From Candidatus Eremiobacteria bacterium (GTDB lineage: Bacteria; Vulcanimicrobiota; Vulcanimicrobiia; Vulcanimicrobiales; Vulcanimicrobiaceae), in contig CAVWUU010000004.1 in assembly GCA_963758295.1 (NCBI GenBank), positions 960,001 to 1,024,000 of the forward strand: 64,000 nt of DNA. Direction: 5' to 3'. This document shows positions 10,562-20,490 of this stretch, one piece after another. The position numbers and the translations under genes were made by a program. The notes beneath the pieces were generated by a model. It was not told the DNA's origin. It searched no databases and saw nothing but the letters and a program-made list of their open reading frames with translations. Within the stretch, counting starts at the first letter, position 1; each line of letters starts with the position of its first letter.

Positions 10562-10960
10562 GTGGCCGAGAAACGCCTTGAAGTGCTGCTCGCGTCAATG
10601 AAGCCTGAACTCGATGAGCAAGAGTGGTCGTTCGCTTCGGTCGACGCCACGTTTCCGGTAGCGCTCGCAAAACCGCTGATGGTTTTCCACGAACACGAAG
10701 GCGCCACGATTGTTGCGCCCGTCGCCGAACTTACGCGCTTTAAGATCCCGTACGAAGGCACATGGCGCCGCATTATCATTAACGCCTACTCGGCGCTGAA
10801 CGCCGTTGGTTTTCTTGCGGAAATGGCGCGCGCGTTGACCGATGAGAGCATCCCCGCCAACGTCGTGAGTGCCTACCATCACGACCATCTCTTCGTTCCG
10901 GCTGACCGCGCTGAAGATGCTCTGCGCGCTCTTACGGCGCTGGCCGCGCGCGGCGCTTAA
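10562..10960 (+). CDS. ACT-domain protein (DUF2241-like)
   Basis: LLASMKPEL, FHEHEGAT, SALNAVGFLA and NVVSAYHHDHLFVP motifs. Confidence 0.8.
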   Translation: MAEKRLEVLLASMKPELDEQEWSFASVDATFPVALAKPLMVFHEHEGATIVAPVAELTRFKIPYEGTWRRIIINAYSALNAVGFLAEMARALTDESIPANVVSAYHHDHLFVPADRAEDALRALTALAARGA

Positions 10961-11961
10961 TCAAGTAACTCGTCGAATCGGCTAAGATACGAGCGTGCCT
11001 CCGCGGGAATAGACGCGCCGGCGGCCTTTCCGAGCGGATCCCTTTCATTTTTCGCGCCGGTAACCAGAACGCGTTCGATCGACTCGGCAAGCGAATGAAC
11101 GTCGTAGCCGCCTTCCAACACGTACGCCACGCGATTGTTGCAGTAGCGTTGCGCCACGGAACCGATGGCGCTTGCGAGTGCGGCGGCGACCTCTACGTCG
11201 ACACCTAGGTCACCAACCGGATCGCCTTTGACGTAGTCAAATCCGGCGCTCACTACGATTGCATCGGGCTTAACGAATTCGCCCGCGCGCTCCAGCAGCC
11301 GTTCCCAGATCGCAGCGAACGCTTCCGTCGCGATGCCGGAGGCAGGTAACGGGACATTCACGATCAGGTCCCGGCCGATCGATGCGGTTTCAAAACCGGT
11401 TCCGGGATACGCCGGCGACGCATGCGTCGAGAGATAGGAAATGCCTTCGCCGGCGATATCTTGCGTGCCGTTGCCGTGGTGGTAATCGAAGTCCACGATC
11501 AGCACGCGGCCGCCGTGCTGCGCTTGAAACGATCGCGCCGCAATCGCCGCGTTGTTGAAAAGACAGAACCCCATGCCGCGTTGCGATTCGGCATGATGGC
11601 CCGGCGGCCGAACCAGGGCAAACACCGGCGCATTGGCCGACACGGACGCTTCCATCGCCGCTATCGCGCCGCCGGCGGCACGGCGCGCAACCGCGAGCGA
11701 ATACCCGTCGACGACGACGTCGCCGGTCGAAAGATATCGCGCATCATGCAAACCATGCGTTTCGCGTTTGACGAGCTCGAGATAGCGCGCAAAGTGGACA
11801 CGCTCGATTTCTTCATCGGTTGCATCGCGCGCCCGAACCGTTTCGCCGAGCAGTCCGCGTTCGCGTAAAAGCGCGGCGACCACCTCCACGCGATCGGGCG
11901 ATTCTGGATGCCCGATGCCGCGGAGATGGTCGCCGTAGATTTCGTCGGTGACGACTTTCAT
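10957..11961 (-). CDS. Histone deacetylase-family (Zn-dependent) deacylase
   Basis: HPESPDR, RPPGHHA, GFCLFNN, DFDYHHGNGTQ, SAGFD and LEGGY motifs. Confidence 0.92.
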   Translation of the reverse strand: MKVVTDEIYGDHLRGIGHPESPDRVEVVAALLRERGLLGETVRARDATDEEIERVHFARYLELVKRETHGLHDARYLSTGDVVVDGYSLAVARRAAGGAIAAMEASVSANAPVFALVRPPGHHAESQRGMGFCLFNNAAIAARSFQAQHGGRVLIVDFDYHHGNGTQDIAGEGISYLSTHASPAYPGTGFETASIGRDLIVNVPLPASGIATEAFAAIWERLLERAGEFVKPDAIVVSAGFDYVKGDPVGDLGVDVEVAAALASAIGSVAQRYCNNRVAYVLEGGYDVHSLAESIERVLVTGAKNERDPLGKAAGASIPAEARSYLSRFDELLD

Positions 11962-11983
11962 TTTGCGCTTCTAGCGCGAACCT

Positions 11984-13507
11984 CTACTTCGAGTGTTTCT
12001 GCTTGTTCAGATCCGCGATCGCTTGCTGAATCTGGCCGTATTCTTTCGTGCCCTTGCGCATCTCGCCGAGGAGCCGTTTGTACGCCGAGAGCGCCTTCTG
12101 CTTCTGATTGGTCTGCTGGTACGACTTGCCGGCGATATACAGCAACTGCGGATTCTGATCGAGGAAACCGTGCGCAGCACGATCGAGCGCGTCGAAAATG
12201 GCCGAAGCTTCCTTGTAATTGCGCATCTCGAAATCGGCGCCTGCGATGCAGCCGAGCGTCGACGGCTGACGGTCGATCTGAAAGCTCTTGCTGCACGCGT
12301 CCTTTGAGGACGAGTAGTTATGCGTGTACGAGTACGCCTGGCCGAGCATCGCAAAACTTTGCGCGTCCGGCGCAACTTGCGTGAGGTGCTTCAGATAACC
12401 GACGGCGTCGGTCATCTTGCCGGCGCTCATTGCCACCTGCGCCATGCGGAGCAGGGCTTCGCGGTTGTCCTTATCGATGGTCAGCGCGGTTTGCCATTCT
12501 TGCTGCGCCTTTTGGATGTTCTTCTGCGAACCCCAGAAGTCGCCGTAGGAAACGTGCGCGGCGGCGACCTTCGGATACTGCGCGATCATTTGATCGAACG
12601 TGCTCTGCGCTTGGGCCGTTTTCTTTTCGTCGATGTAGTACGTTGCTTTGCGAACGAGGATCGCGACCTTTTGGTCGTCGCTCGTGGCGGCTACGACGGC
12701 GTCATCGTACGCCGAACTCGTCTTGGCGTCATCGTGCTGTTTCGCGAACAGATCGGCCTTGAAGACCAAGCCTTGGACATCTTTCGGATCGAGCGCAAGT
12801 TCACGATCGATCGTCTGAATCGCCATCGGAATGTTGTTCTGCTGCCCGTACGTCGTCGCGATCTGGAAGAGCGGCCGCGTGTCTTTGGGATCGAGCGTCG
12901 CCGCGTGTTCGAACTGCGCCCGCGCGTCGTCGTACTTTTGCTGCGCGGCGTAAACCGCACCGAGCGTGATGTACGATTGCGCGTCGTCCTTGTTCAAGGT
13001 CACGGCGCGCTTGGCGATGCGTTCTGCATCGGCGCCGCGATTCGTACGGAGATAGAGGTCGGCGAGGTTCGCGAGGACGCCGGCGTTGCTCGGATCGAGA
13101 TTTTCGGCCTGCTCGAGATCGCCAATGGCGTTGTCCACGCGGCCAAGCTGTTCCATTGCGAATCCGTCGAGGTAGTAGACCTGCGCCGTCTTATCGCCCA
13201 TCTGCAAGAGGTGCTGCGAAAGCTGCACCGCGTAGTCGGGACGATTGACGTTGAGGAATTGTCCCGCCAGTTCGACCATGGCTTGCTGGTCGTTCGGGTT
13301 GGCCTTCAGCTTTGCCTGAAGGCGCGGAATAGCAACGTCCGGCGGTTCCGGCGACGCCGTCGGCAAGGCCGACGCCGACGGCGAGGGGCTGGGCGATGCC
13401 GCGGCTTTGCCGCCGCCGAAGAGGCCGGCTTGAGCGCTCGGGGTCGTTGCAAGAGCGGCCGCTGCAAAAGCAACGACCATCGAGGCGATAAGAGCGAAAC
13501 GTTTCAC
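11984..13507 (-). CDS. Secreted tetratricopeptide-repeat protein
   Basis: Signal peptide, SPSPSPS linker and many 34-aa TPR-like units. Confidence 0.85.
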   Translation of the reverse strand: MKRFALIASMVVAFAAAALATTPSAQAGLFGGGKAAASPSPSPSASALPTASPEPPDVAIPRLQAKLKANPNDQQAMVELAGQFLNVNRPDYAVQLSQHLLQMGDKTAQVYYLDGFAMEQLGRVDNAIGDLEQAENLDPSNAGVLANLADLYLRTNRGADAERIAKRAVTLNKDDAQSYITLGAVYAAQQKYDDARAQFEHAATLDPKDTRPLFQIATTYGQQNNIPMAIQTIDRELALDPKDVQGLVFKADLFAKQHDDAKTSSAYDDAVVAATSDDQKVAILVRKATYYIDEKKTAQAQSTFDQMIAQYPKVAAAHVSYGDFWGSQKNIQKAQQEWQTALTIDKDNREALLRMAQVAMSAGKMTDAVGYLKHLTQVAPDAQSFAMLGQAYSYTHNYSSSKDACSKSFQIDRQPSTLGCIAGADFEMRNYKEASAIFDALDRAAHGFLDQNPQLLYIAGKSYQQTNQKQKALSAYKRLLGEMRKGTKEYGQIQQAIADLNKQKHSK

Positions 13508-13529
13508 GAAATCCAGGTCCTTTACAAGA

Positions 13530-13557
13530 GACGAACGCGGGAAGGCCCACGTTCGTC
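13530..13557 (-). terminator. Hairpin downstream of etfA (possible terminator or processing stem)
   Basis: Minus-strand GACGAACGUGGG-CCUU-CCCGCGUUCGUC followed by UCUUGU. Confidence 0.45.
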
Positions 13558-13575
13558 ACGCTACCGTCGAAAAAA

Positions 13576-14553
13576 TTAGCCCTTCGCCGCCTGCACGAGC
13601 TTCGTGAGCTCGGGCACGATGGCGAAAGCGTCGCCGACGACCATCAGGTCGGAGAATTCGGCAATGGGCGACTGACCATCTTTATTGATCGAGACGATGG
13701 TTTGGGCCGAACGCATGCCGACCTTGTGCTGAATCGCCCCGGAGATACCAACGGCGATATAGAGATTTGGGCTGACCGTCTTTCCGGTCTGTCCGATCTG
13801 GAGGCTATAGGGCACCCAACCGGCATCCGCAGCGGCGCGCGATGCGCCGACGGCTCCGCCGAGCGCTTGCGCGAGAGGCTTCAGCATCGTATCGAACGGG
13901 TCCGGACCGCCGAGACCGCGGCCGCCGGCGACAACCACCGGCGCTTCCTCGAGCGCCAACTCTCCGGAACTCTCCTCGACATCGTTCTCGACCGTGAGCG
14001 CGTAGCTCTTGCCGGCCGGTTTATCGATTGCTTGCACCGTGGCGCCCGACCCGCCGGCCTGAACCGCGAAGGCGTTCGGGCGGACGGTGGCGACGCCGTA
14101 GTCACCCGGCTTGAGCCGGCACGTCGTAATCGCTGCGCCGCCCAGCTTCGGCATGATAGCGTCGACGGTACCGCCGTCGAATTTGAAATCGACGACATCG
14201 GCAACGATGCCCGCGTTGAGACGCGCAACCAGACGGCCGGCGACGTCTTTCCCGGTGAGCGTGTTCGGAATTAGCACGAGTGACGGCCCGATGGCGCGCG
14301 CGGCAGCTTCCAAATAATCGATGACCGGGTCGAGCAGATACTTCTCGACGTCGGGATCTTCGTTGAAGTGAACGGTATCGAGCGGATACGACGTAAGCGA
14401 TTTCGCCAACTGCTCCGCGCCCGCGCCGACGACGAGGGCATGCGCTTTACCGCCGAGCGCGTCGGCGAGCTTACGCGCTTCCGTCGCCATCTCGAAGGTC
14501 ACTTTCGGCGTTTGGCCGCCCTTGTGCTGAACATAGATAAGAACGTTTTGCAT
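13576..14553 (-). CDS. etfA: Electron transfer flavoprotein alpha subunit
   Basis: VAGGRG, GASRAAADAGW, QIGQTGKTV and GISGAIQH motifs. Confidence 0.95.
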   Translation of the reverse strand: MQNVLIYVQHKGGQTPKVTFEMATEARKLADALGGKAHALVVGAGAEQLAKSLTSYPLDTVHFNEDPDVEKYLLDPVIDYLEAAARAIGPSLVLIPNTLTGKDVAGRLVARLNAGIVADVVDFKFDGGTVDAIMPKLGGAAITTCRLKPGDYGVATVRPNAFAVQAGGSGATVQAIDKPAGKSYALTVENDVEESSGELALEEAPVVVAGGRGLGGPDPFDTMLKPLAQALGGAVGASRAAADAGWVPYSLQIGQTGKTVSPNLYIAVGISGAIQHKVGMRSAQTIVSINKDGQSPIAEFSDLMVVGDAFAIVPELTKLVQAAKG

Positions 14554-15341
14554 TAAACGAGTTTCTTCTCTTTAAGGAAGTCGAAGATCGCTTTGGCACC
14601 GCTTGCGGCGTCGGCCGCTTCGACGACTTGGCCTTTGCCGCGCACGGCGGGCGGCTTCACGTCGAGCAATTCGGTTTTTGCGCCACCCACGCCGACCGGT
14701 TGATCCAACCCGAGATCGCCGATCGTTAACGGCGCGATCGTCTTTTTCTTCGCGCCCATGATGCCTTTGAGCGAAGCGTAGCGCGGTTCACCGAACGTAA
14801 GCGCCGTCGTGAGGAGTGAACGCACCGGCCCACTGACGGTTTGATGACCCGTATCGGTTTCGCGTTGCACCGTGAGCTTGTCGCCCGCGATATCGACCTT
14901 CACCGCATTCGTAATCATCGGAAGCCCGAGGCGTTCCGCGATTGCGCCGGGCGTTGCGCCGGTGCTGCCGTCGTCGGAGAGTCCGCCGACAATTAGCAGA
15001 TCGAAGCCGACTTTCTTCAACGCATTGGCCATTGCGTAGGACGTGGCCCACACGTCGCTGCCTTCAAGGCCTGCATCGCTGAGCAGTACGGCGTCGTCCG
15101 CCCCCATCGCGAGCGCTTTACGCAGCGTCTCTTTCAGCGATTCAGGCGCCATGGCAAAAACGGTAACGGTCGTGTCACCGCCGGCTTTTTCTTTGATTTG
15201 CAGCGCCGCTTCTAGCGCATATTCGTCGTAGGGATTCAGCACCGTTTCAACGCCGGTGCGAACCAAACGCTTCGAGCCTGAGTCGATACGCTTTTCAGCG
15301 TTCGGGTCCGGCACGAGCTTGACCGTAACCACGATCTTCAC
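14553..15341 (-). CDS. etfB: Electron transfer flavoprotein beta subunit
   Basis: MKIVVTVKLVPD, NPYDEYALEAA, ALAMGAD and PRYASLKGIMGAKKK motifs. Confidence 0.95.
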   Translation of the reverse strand: MKIVVTVKLVPDPNAEKRIDSGSKRLVRTGVETVLNPYDEYALEAALQIKEKAGGDTTVTVFAMAPESLKETLRKALAMGADDAVLLSDAGLEGSDVWATSYAMANALKKVGFDLLIVGGLSDDGSTGATPGAIAERLGLPMITNAVKVDIAGDKLTVQRETDTGHQTVSGPVRSLLTTALTFGEPRYASLKGIMGAKKKTIAPLTIGDLGLDQPVGVGGAKTELLDVKPPAVRGKGQVVEAADAASGAKAIFDFLKEKKLV

Positions 15342-15487
15342 GTGGAGATATGACCTCCTGGTATCCGCGGGGAAGAACCCGGCCCTATTGGGGTTGAGCG
15401 GCGCTCAACCCTCTAAAGAGGGCCGGATTTCCGAAGGTTTTTAACGTTGATAATTTTATCAGACACCGGCTGCCCACGAGGGGCGCC

Positions 15488-16564
15488 CTACTTTCGGTGG
15501 GTCGTCCGGCCGCGTTGATACTGCTTGGGGACGAATGGCTCACCGTCGCCAAGCTCGTCGGCGGCATCCCACGGCCAGCTCGGGTCGCGGATGAAGCTGC
15601 GGGCCAGCATGATGAAGTCCGCGGCCCCCGCCTCGAGGATGTGCTCCGCTTGCCTGGGTTCAGTAATCATGCCGACGGCCATCGTCGGCATGTCGGCCAA
15701 TTTTTTGATCTCCCCGGCAAACGGAACTTGGTAGCCCGGGCCGACGGCGATCTTCTGCTGTGGCACTAGGCCGCCGCTGGACACGTCGATGAAGTCGCAC
15801 TCCCGCTTCTTCAGCTCACGGGCGAACTGCACGCATTGGACGACGTCCCAGCCGTCGTCGACCCAGTCGGTCGCCGAGACGCGGACGCCCAGCGGTTTGT
15901 TCTCGGGCCATACCGCTCGGACGGCATCGAAGAGTTCCAACGGAAAACGCATGCGATTCGGCAAGCTTCCGCCGTACTCGTCGGCCCGATGGTTCGTCAG
16001 CGGCGACAAAAACTGATGGCCGAGATATCCGTGCGCGAAGTGCAATTCGACGACGTCGACGCCAAGACGCTTGCACCGCTCGGCCGCCGCGACGAAATCA
16101 TTGCGGATTTTTTCGAGCCCCGCTGCGTCGAGTTCGCGCGGCGTATGCCAGTCACCGTACGGAATTGCCGACGGCGCGACGGTTTCCCACGCGTCGTCGC
16201 CGCTCGCGGAACCTCCGCCATCCCACGGTGAGATCGTCGACGCTTTACGCCCGGCATGCGCGAGTTGCACGCCGATTTTGCTTTGGGTCCATCGTCTGAT
16301 GAACGCGATGACTCGCGACGTCGCTTCTTCGTTCTCGTCGCTGTAGAGCCCAAGGTCTTTCGCGGTGATACGCGCTTCAGGATTGACCGCCGTCGCTTCA
16401 AAGAAGACCAATCCCGGACCCGATAACGCGAAGTGCCCGAGATTGACGACGTGCCAATCGTTCGCGTTGCCGTTCACCGACGAATATTGGCACATCGGCG
16501 AAACTACGATCCGGTTTTCGAATTGGACGTCCCGCAACTGAATCGGCGAAAAGAGTTTGCTCAA
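15488..16564 (-). CDS. NADH:flavin oxidoreductase (Old Yellow Enzyme, YqjM/NamA-like)
   Basis: NRIVVSPMCQYS, QLAHAGRKAS, ELHFAHGYL and GPGYQVPFA motifs. Confidence 0.93.
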   Translation of the reverse strand: MSKLFSPIQLRDVQFENRIVVSPMCQYSSVNGNANDWHVVNLGHFALSGPGLVFFEATAVNPEARITAKDLGLYSDENEEATSRVIAFIRRWTQSKIGVQLAHAGRKASTISPWDGGGSASGDDAWETVAPSAIPYGDWHTPRELDAAGLEKIRNDFVAAAERCKRLGVDVVELHFAHGYLGHQFLSPLTNHRADEYGGSLPNRMRFPLELFDAVRAVWPENKPLGVRVSATDWVDDGWDVVQCVQFARELKKRECDFIDVSSGGLVPQQKIAVGPGYQVPFAGEIKKLADMPTMAVGMITEPRQAEHILEAGAADFIMLARSFIRDPSWPWDAADELGDGEPFVPKQYQRGRTTHRK

Positions 16565-16659
16565 TGCACTTCCTTATACGGCGGCGGCTTTGCTTGATAG
16601 GCCGTTATACCCGCGCGAAACCGCGAGGAACGCAGCAAGCAGCTATCCAAGCGCCTCTC

Positions 16660-17382
16660 ATGAATCGTCGAATTTTCGGGCTGCTCGCGGCTCTCGCGCT
16701 TTTAGGCGTCATGCCGTCCGCACCATTCGATATCGAAACGCTTTCCGTGGGCAAAGCTGCGCCGAACTTGCCCGCAAGCGGCGGACACCCCACGGTGATC
16801 GTAGCTTTCGCCTCTTGGTGCATCGCCTGCATGAAAGAAATGCCCGAAGTGGTTGCGGATTACGCGAAGTTCAAGGACCGCGTCAGTTTCATCGGCGTCG
16901 ACTATCTCGACAATCCGAAAGCCGGCGACGACATCGTGCGCAAATACGGAATACCATTTCCGGTGGTTCAAGCGCGCGCGGACGCCAACGCCCCCAAACC
17001 GGTCGATCCGAACGAGAAGGTCGAGAAGATCATGCTTCACGGCGTGACGCCGAAGATGCTTCCGGCGAGCGTCGAGGCTTTCGCGCGCCAAATGCCCGCC
17101 GATCTAGCGGTTACGCTTCGGACCGTTTCGGCTTATTGCGAGAAACACGACGATTCGGCATGCATGTCGTTTGCTAAGGATCACGGCGTGCAGTTGGATA
17201 CCGAGCCCGGCGTCACAACTACTGAGAGGAGTCAATCGTCGACGAAAAATAATGTCCCGACGCTTTCATTGCCGCATCTGTTCGTAACGGACGGATCAGG
17301 GATCGTGCGTGAGAGCATCGAGGGCTATGAGACTGACCGTGACAGCATCCAAGCTGCATTAGGGAAGCTTGGAATCAAGTAG
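16660..17382 (+). CDS. Secreted TlpA/thioredoxin-like protein with an internal insertion
   Basis: Signal peptide and FASWCIACMKEMP; ATG 16660 preferred over 16564. Confidence 0.7.
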   Translation: MNRRIFGLLAALALLGVMPSAPFDIETLSVGKAAPNLPASGGHPTVIVAFASWCIACMKEMPEVVADYAKFKDRVSFIGVDYLDNPKAGDDIVRKYGIPFPVVQARADANAPKPVDPNEKVEKIMLHGVTPKMLPASVEAFARQMPADLAVTLRTVSAYCEKHDDSACMSFAKDHGVQLDTEPGVTTTERSQSSTKNNVPTLSLPHLFVTDGSGIVRESIEGYETDRDSIQAALGKLGIK

Positions 17383-17385
17383 TCG

Positions 17386-17748
17386 TTACTTCATTTCCTC
17401 GGCGCGGAGCCTTGCAATGCGCTCGATCAGTTCGTCCGGGACGGGCTTGTCGATCGGAAAGCGGATAGTACGGTTGTCGATTTCATAAGCTTCGAGTTCT
17501 GCCTTGAATTTCGAGAGGATGGTGTCGCTCGCGGGATAGAGCGAAACATGATGCTTCCATGCGGCGAAGTGCAGAACGAGACGGGCTCCCATTTTGTACG
17601 TCGGCATCTTGTAGGAGATCAGCTCTTCCGCTAATGGCGCGCCTTTCCGAACGGCGGCACGAAGCTTTTTCAGAGCGGCTTGCGCGCCGGGTGGTTGCGC
17701 CGCGATGTACTCATCCACAGACGAGATGGCGCGATTTACTGCGGGCAT
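17386..17748 (-). CDS. DUF1801/YdhG-family protein
   Basis: SVDEYIAAQP, ISYKMPTY, FAAWKHHVSLYP and TIRFPIDKPVP motifs. Confidence 0.85.
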   Translation of the reverse strand: MPAVNRAISSVDEYIAAQPPGAQAALKKLRAAVRKGAPLAEELISYKMPTYKMGARLVLHFAAWKHHVSLYPASDTILSKFKAELEAYEIDNRTIRFPIDKPVPDELIERIARLRAEEMK

Positions 17749-17936
17749 CCCGGACTCACCCCCATTTTCTGATTCGACGTCTTCGATGCGATGGATCCGT
17801 TCTTCGATTCCGCGACGACTTCCGCATCGACCCCGTGAGCGCACAACGAAAGGGTGATTCCCGGGTTCGTGCTGCCGGTCAAAGAGCCGAAGACGGGGCG
17901 GCGCGGGTGCTGCCCCGTTCTTCTTCTGTCCCCGTT

Positions 17937-18986
17937 TTATGGAACGACGGTAATTTTGCCCGTCATTCTCGAGTTGTCGTGATAGAGGCAACCGTAGAGA
18001 TAGGTACCGGCCTTAACGAATTTTACCGAGAATTTTTGGCCGAAGATGAACGTGCCCGAGTTAACCACTTTGCTGCCGTCGATCGGCGTTATCCCCGGTG
18101 GCGCGACAACGTTGACCGCGGGATCCGGCGGCATCCCCGGTAACTGGGTAGCACCGGCCTTTGCAAACGTTACCGTGTGCGGCTCGTTACTGCTTTGATT
18201 GACCCACGTTAATACCGTTCCAACTTTCACCGTCTTGCTGCCGGATGTCGCAACGTCGGCGTAATTGCCGTTGTTCAAAAACCGCAAAACCGTGGCTTGA
18301 GTCGGCGGCCCGTGTCCCAGTCCCGGCGCGATCCCGGCTGCGAACGTGTTGCCATTCGGCGTGAACGGGAAGAGTGCGACCGACTGGACACCGGAGCGGA
18401 AATCTGCCCACTCGTCCTGCGCGCCGGCGCTCAAATAATAACCCGGCGTGTGCGGATACTTCGATCCCCTTGGCTGAACGACCACGGTGCTTTCCATGGC
18501 CGGCGAGTGAAACAGACACAGAATTCTGTACGTCCCGGCCGTCGGGAAATGCAACGTGAAAAACTGACCGCCAGCAAGGATTCCTGAGTTAACGAATTTC
18601 GTTCCGTCGATGATGTTACCGCCGGCCGGAACGAGATTTTGCGGAGCCGGGGGCGGCGGAACCGGCTGTCCTTTTGGCACGAACGATACGGTGTGCGCAT
18701 CGCCGCCCGAACCGCTAGCAATGCGATACGAAATCGAATCGCCTGCATTGATGGTTATCGTATTCGGATAGTAGTCGAGGTCCTGAATCGAATAGAAATT
18801 GAGCGAAGCACCCGTTTGAACGTTCCAGACGAGTGATGTATCGGGCTGCAACGTGGTATCCGCGCCAATCGACGCGCGATTGTCGGCACCGTAGACAGTT
18901 GGGAGGTCTGACTGTGACTGCATGCTGCTGCCACCCGCGCATGCTGATAATGCAACCACGAACAATAAGGAAAAGGCCTTTCGCAT
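17937..18986 (-). CDS. Lipoprotein with two cupredoxin (type-1 blue copper) domains
   Basis: Lipobox LSAC; ligand sets DAHTV...CLFHSPAM and EPHTV...CLYHDNSRM. Confidence 0.8.
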   Translation of the reverse strand: MRKAFSLLFVVALSACAGGSSMQSQSDLPTVYGADNRASIGADTTLQPDTSLVWNVQTGASLNFYSIQDLDYYPNTITINAGDSISYRIASGSGGDAHTVSFVPKGQPVPPPPAPQNLVPAGGNIIDGTKFVNSGILAGGQFFTLHFPTAGTYRILCLFHSPAMESTVVVQPRGSKYPHTPGYYLSAGAQDEWADFRSGVQSVALFPFTPNGNTFAAGIAPGLGHGPPTQATVLRFLNNGNYADVATSGSKTVKVGTVLTWVNQSSNEPHTVTFAKAGATQLPGMPPDPAVNVVAPPGITPIDGSKVVNSGTFIFGQKFSVKFVKAGTYLYGCLYHDNSRMTGKITVVP

Positions 18987-19126
18987 GAAAGTTCTCCTCT
19001 GCGGGGCAACGATAGAATTCAATGATACTGCTGCACTTCGCGATCGGAAATAACCGAGCAGTACGGAAGACATCGAAAGCGGCCGTTTGCCTTCTTCGTT
19101 CCCGCGACCTTAAAAAGCGCTGCCCC

Positions 19127-19161
19127 CGGTCCATGGTCCCTCATCATAGGACCAGTGCCGT
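19127..19161. promoter_or_regulatory. Tandem DosR/NarL-box-like palindromes, 21 bp apart
   Basis: CGGTC-CATG-GTCCC (19127-19140) and AGGAC-CAGT-GCCGT (19148-19161). Confidence 0.45.
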
Positions 19162-19364
19162 TTGCGATCTGACACACGACGAGGTTGTGCACGATCGGCA
19201 AAAAATCGGAGTCCATGGGTGCATTCCGCGAACTCCTTCAAGTTTTAATGCTGTCTCGCATCATTGAAGCACCCAATGTGATGTCGAGGTCGAACGGAGG
19301 CATCCCGGCGGACGCTGAAACGCATCCTGAAGGGCCGGCAATCGGTTCGGACTAAAGCAGTGAA

Positions 19365-19820
19365 ATGAAAAGTGCAGCGTATCTCTTCGTTGTGATTGCC
19401 ATTCTCTGCAGCGTTTCAACGGTGCAGGCCGACGAGAAGCAAACGCCCGGGTCAGGCATTCACATTCAAACTTGCAGTGCACAAAAAGGCCGACCGGCCT
19501 ATACCGATACGTACACCGACAGCGAAGGAAAGATCCGGACCCGTCGAGTCGAGGAAGAGGACTCTTACCTCAAGATCTTTTTCCGCAACACTGGGGCAGC
19601 CGTTGTTCGGGAAGTGGACTTCGGCTTAGTAGCACGCGACGAACTGGTCGACAAGGTCAAAGATGTCGGCACGTTCTCATCCGGAGTCTTAATCGAGCAC
19701 AAGTTCAAAGTAAGCCGCGATATCTTCCCGTTGCGCACCGCTATTCCATATTGCGCCGTATTACGCGTCAAATATGAGGACGGCCACATCTGGGCCAATC
19801 CAACACCGCCTAGCGAATAG
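19365..19820 (+). CDS. Secreted hypothetical protein
   Basis: Signal peptide MKSAAYLFVVIAILCSVSTVQA; beta-rich with two further Cys. Confidence 0.7.
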   Translation: MKSAAYLFVVIAILCSVSTVQADEKQTPGSGIHIQTCSAQKGRPAYTDTYTDSEGKIRTRRVEEEDSYLKIFFRNTGAAVVREVDFGLVARDELVDKVKDVGTFSSGVLIEHKFKVSRDIFPLRTAIPYCAVLRVKYEDGHIWANPTPPSE

Positions 19821-19899
19821 CAAAACTCCGTCAGACGCTTCGAATGGATCAAATTCGGCTCCTAAACCTGAAGCGCATACCGCGGCAGTGATGGTATGC

Positions 19900-20277
19900 C
19901 TACAGGCTCTTTCGCTTGTGTAGCGTTACCAGGTTGCCTTCCGTGTCTTGGATCATCGCCATGAAGCAAACAGCTGTCTCATGCTGCATAATCACGGGAA
20001 TGCCGCGTTTCTGAACCTGACGGACGGCCTCGTCAAGGTCGTCTACGGCGAATAAGATGCCGTTGCTGGGTTGAAACGGCATCACCGCACCGCCTCCACC
20101 CCATAGACCGAAGGTACTGCCGTCAGGCAATTCGTATTCAGCGCCGCGATTGTCCGGATATACGACAACCGGTTCGAGCCCAAGCACGTCGCGATAGAAC
20201 TCGACCGCACGCGATGCATCTTTCACCATATATCCGCTCAGGTCCATACCAGTAACATTGAACGCGCGTTCATTCAT
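19900..20277 (-). CDS. VOC/glyoxalase-family protein
   Basis: VKDASRAVEFYRDVLGL, FAVDDLD and IQDTEGN motifs; AGGAG lies 8 nt upstream of ATG 20277. Confidence 0.88.
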   Translation of the reverse strand: MNERAFNVTGMDLSGYMVKDASRAVEFYRDVLGLEPVVVYPDNRGAEYELPDGSTFGLWGGGGAVMPFQPSNGILFAVDDLDEAVRQVQKRGIPVIMQHETAVCFMAMIQDTEGNLVTLHKRKSL

Positions 20278-20490
20278 TCGCATGTCTCCTACAAAGACGG
20301 TACAACACGTGTTAAGCCGTGGTGGATTCAAGGCCAACTGCGCGATTGGGCGAAAATCCACAGTTATCCCTGGCTCAAGTTTTGGGCCTATCCCACCGTA
20401 GGCATAAAGCCTCTTCTGGCTAGCCTGCTTGCACTTCAATGATGTAAGCAGCGATATCCGCATTCGCCTGTGTCGTTCGGGAGCTTCAAA

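Noticed and set aside
12320..13579. Long antisense or alternative-frame ORFs (also 1390..2271, 24686..25339, 57747..58436, 60896..61633)
   Set aside because: Shadow ORFs opposite well-supported genes, expected in GC-rich DNA; no motifs.
17741..17760. Possible att copy of the tRNA-Leu 3' end (catcccggactc)
   Set aside because: Only a short gapped resemblance to gaccgggactcgaacc, with no integrase nearby.
20300..20470. DnaA-box-like words and a weak GTGGATT/AATCCAC stem
   Set aside because: Two or more mismatches to TTATCCACA, no origin context and no recognisable RNA family.
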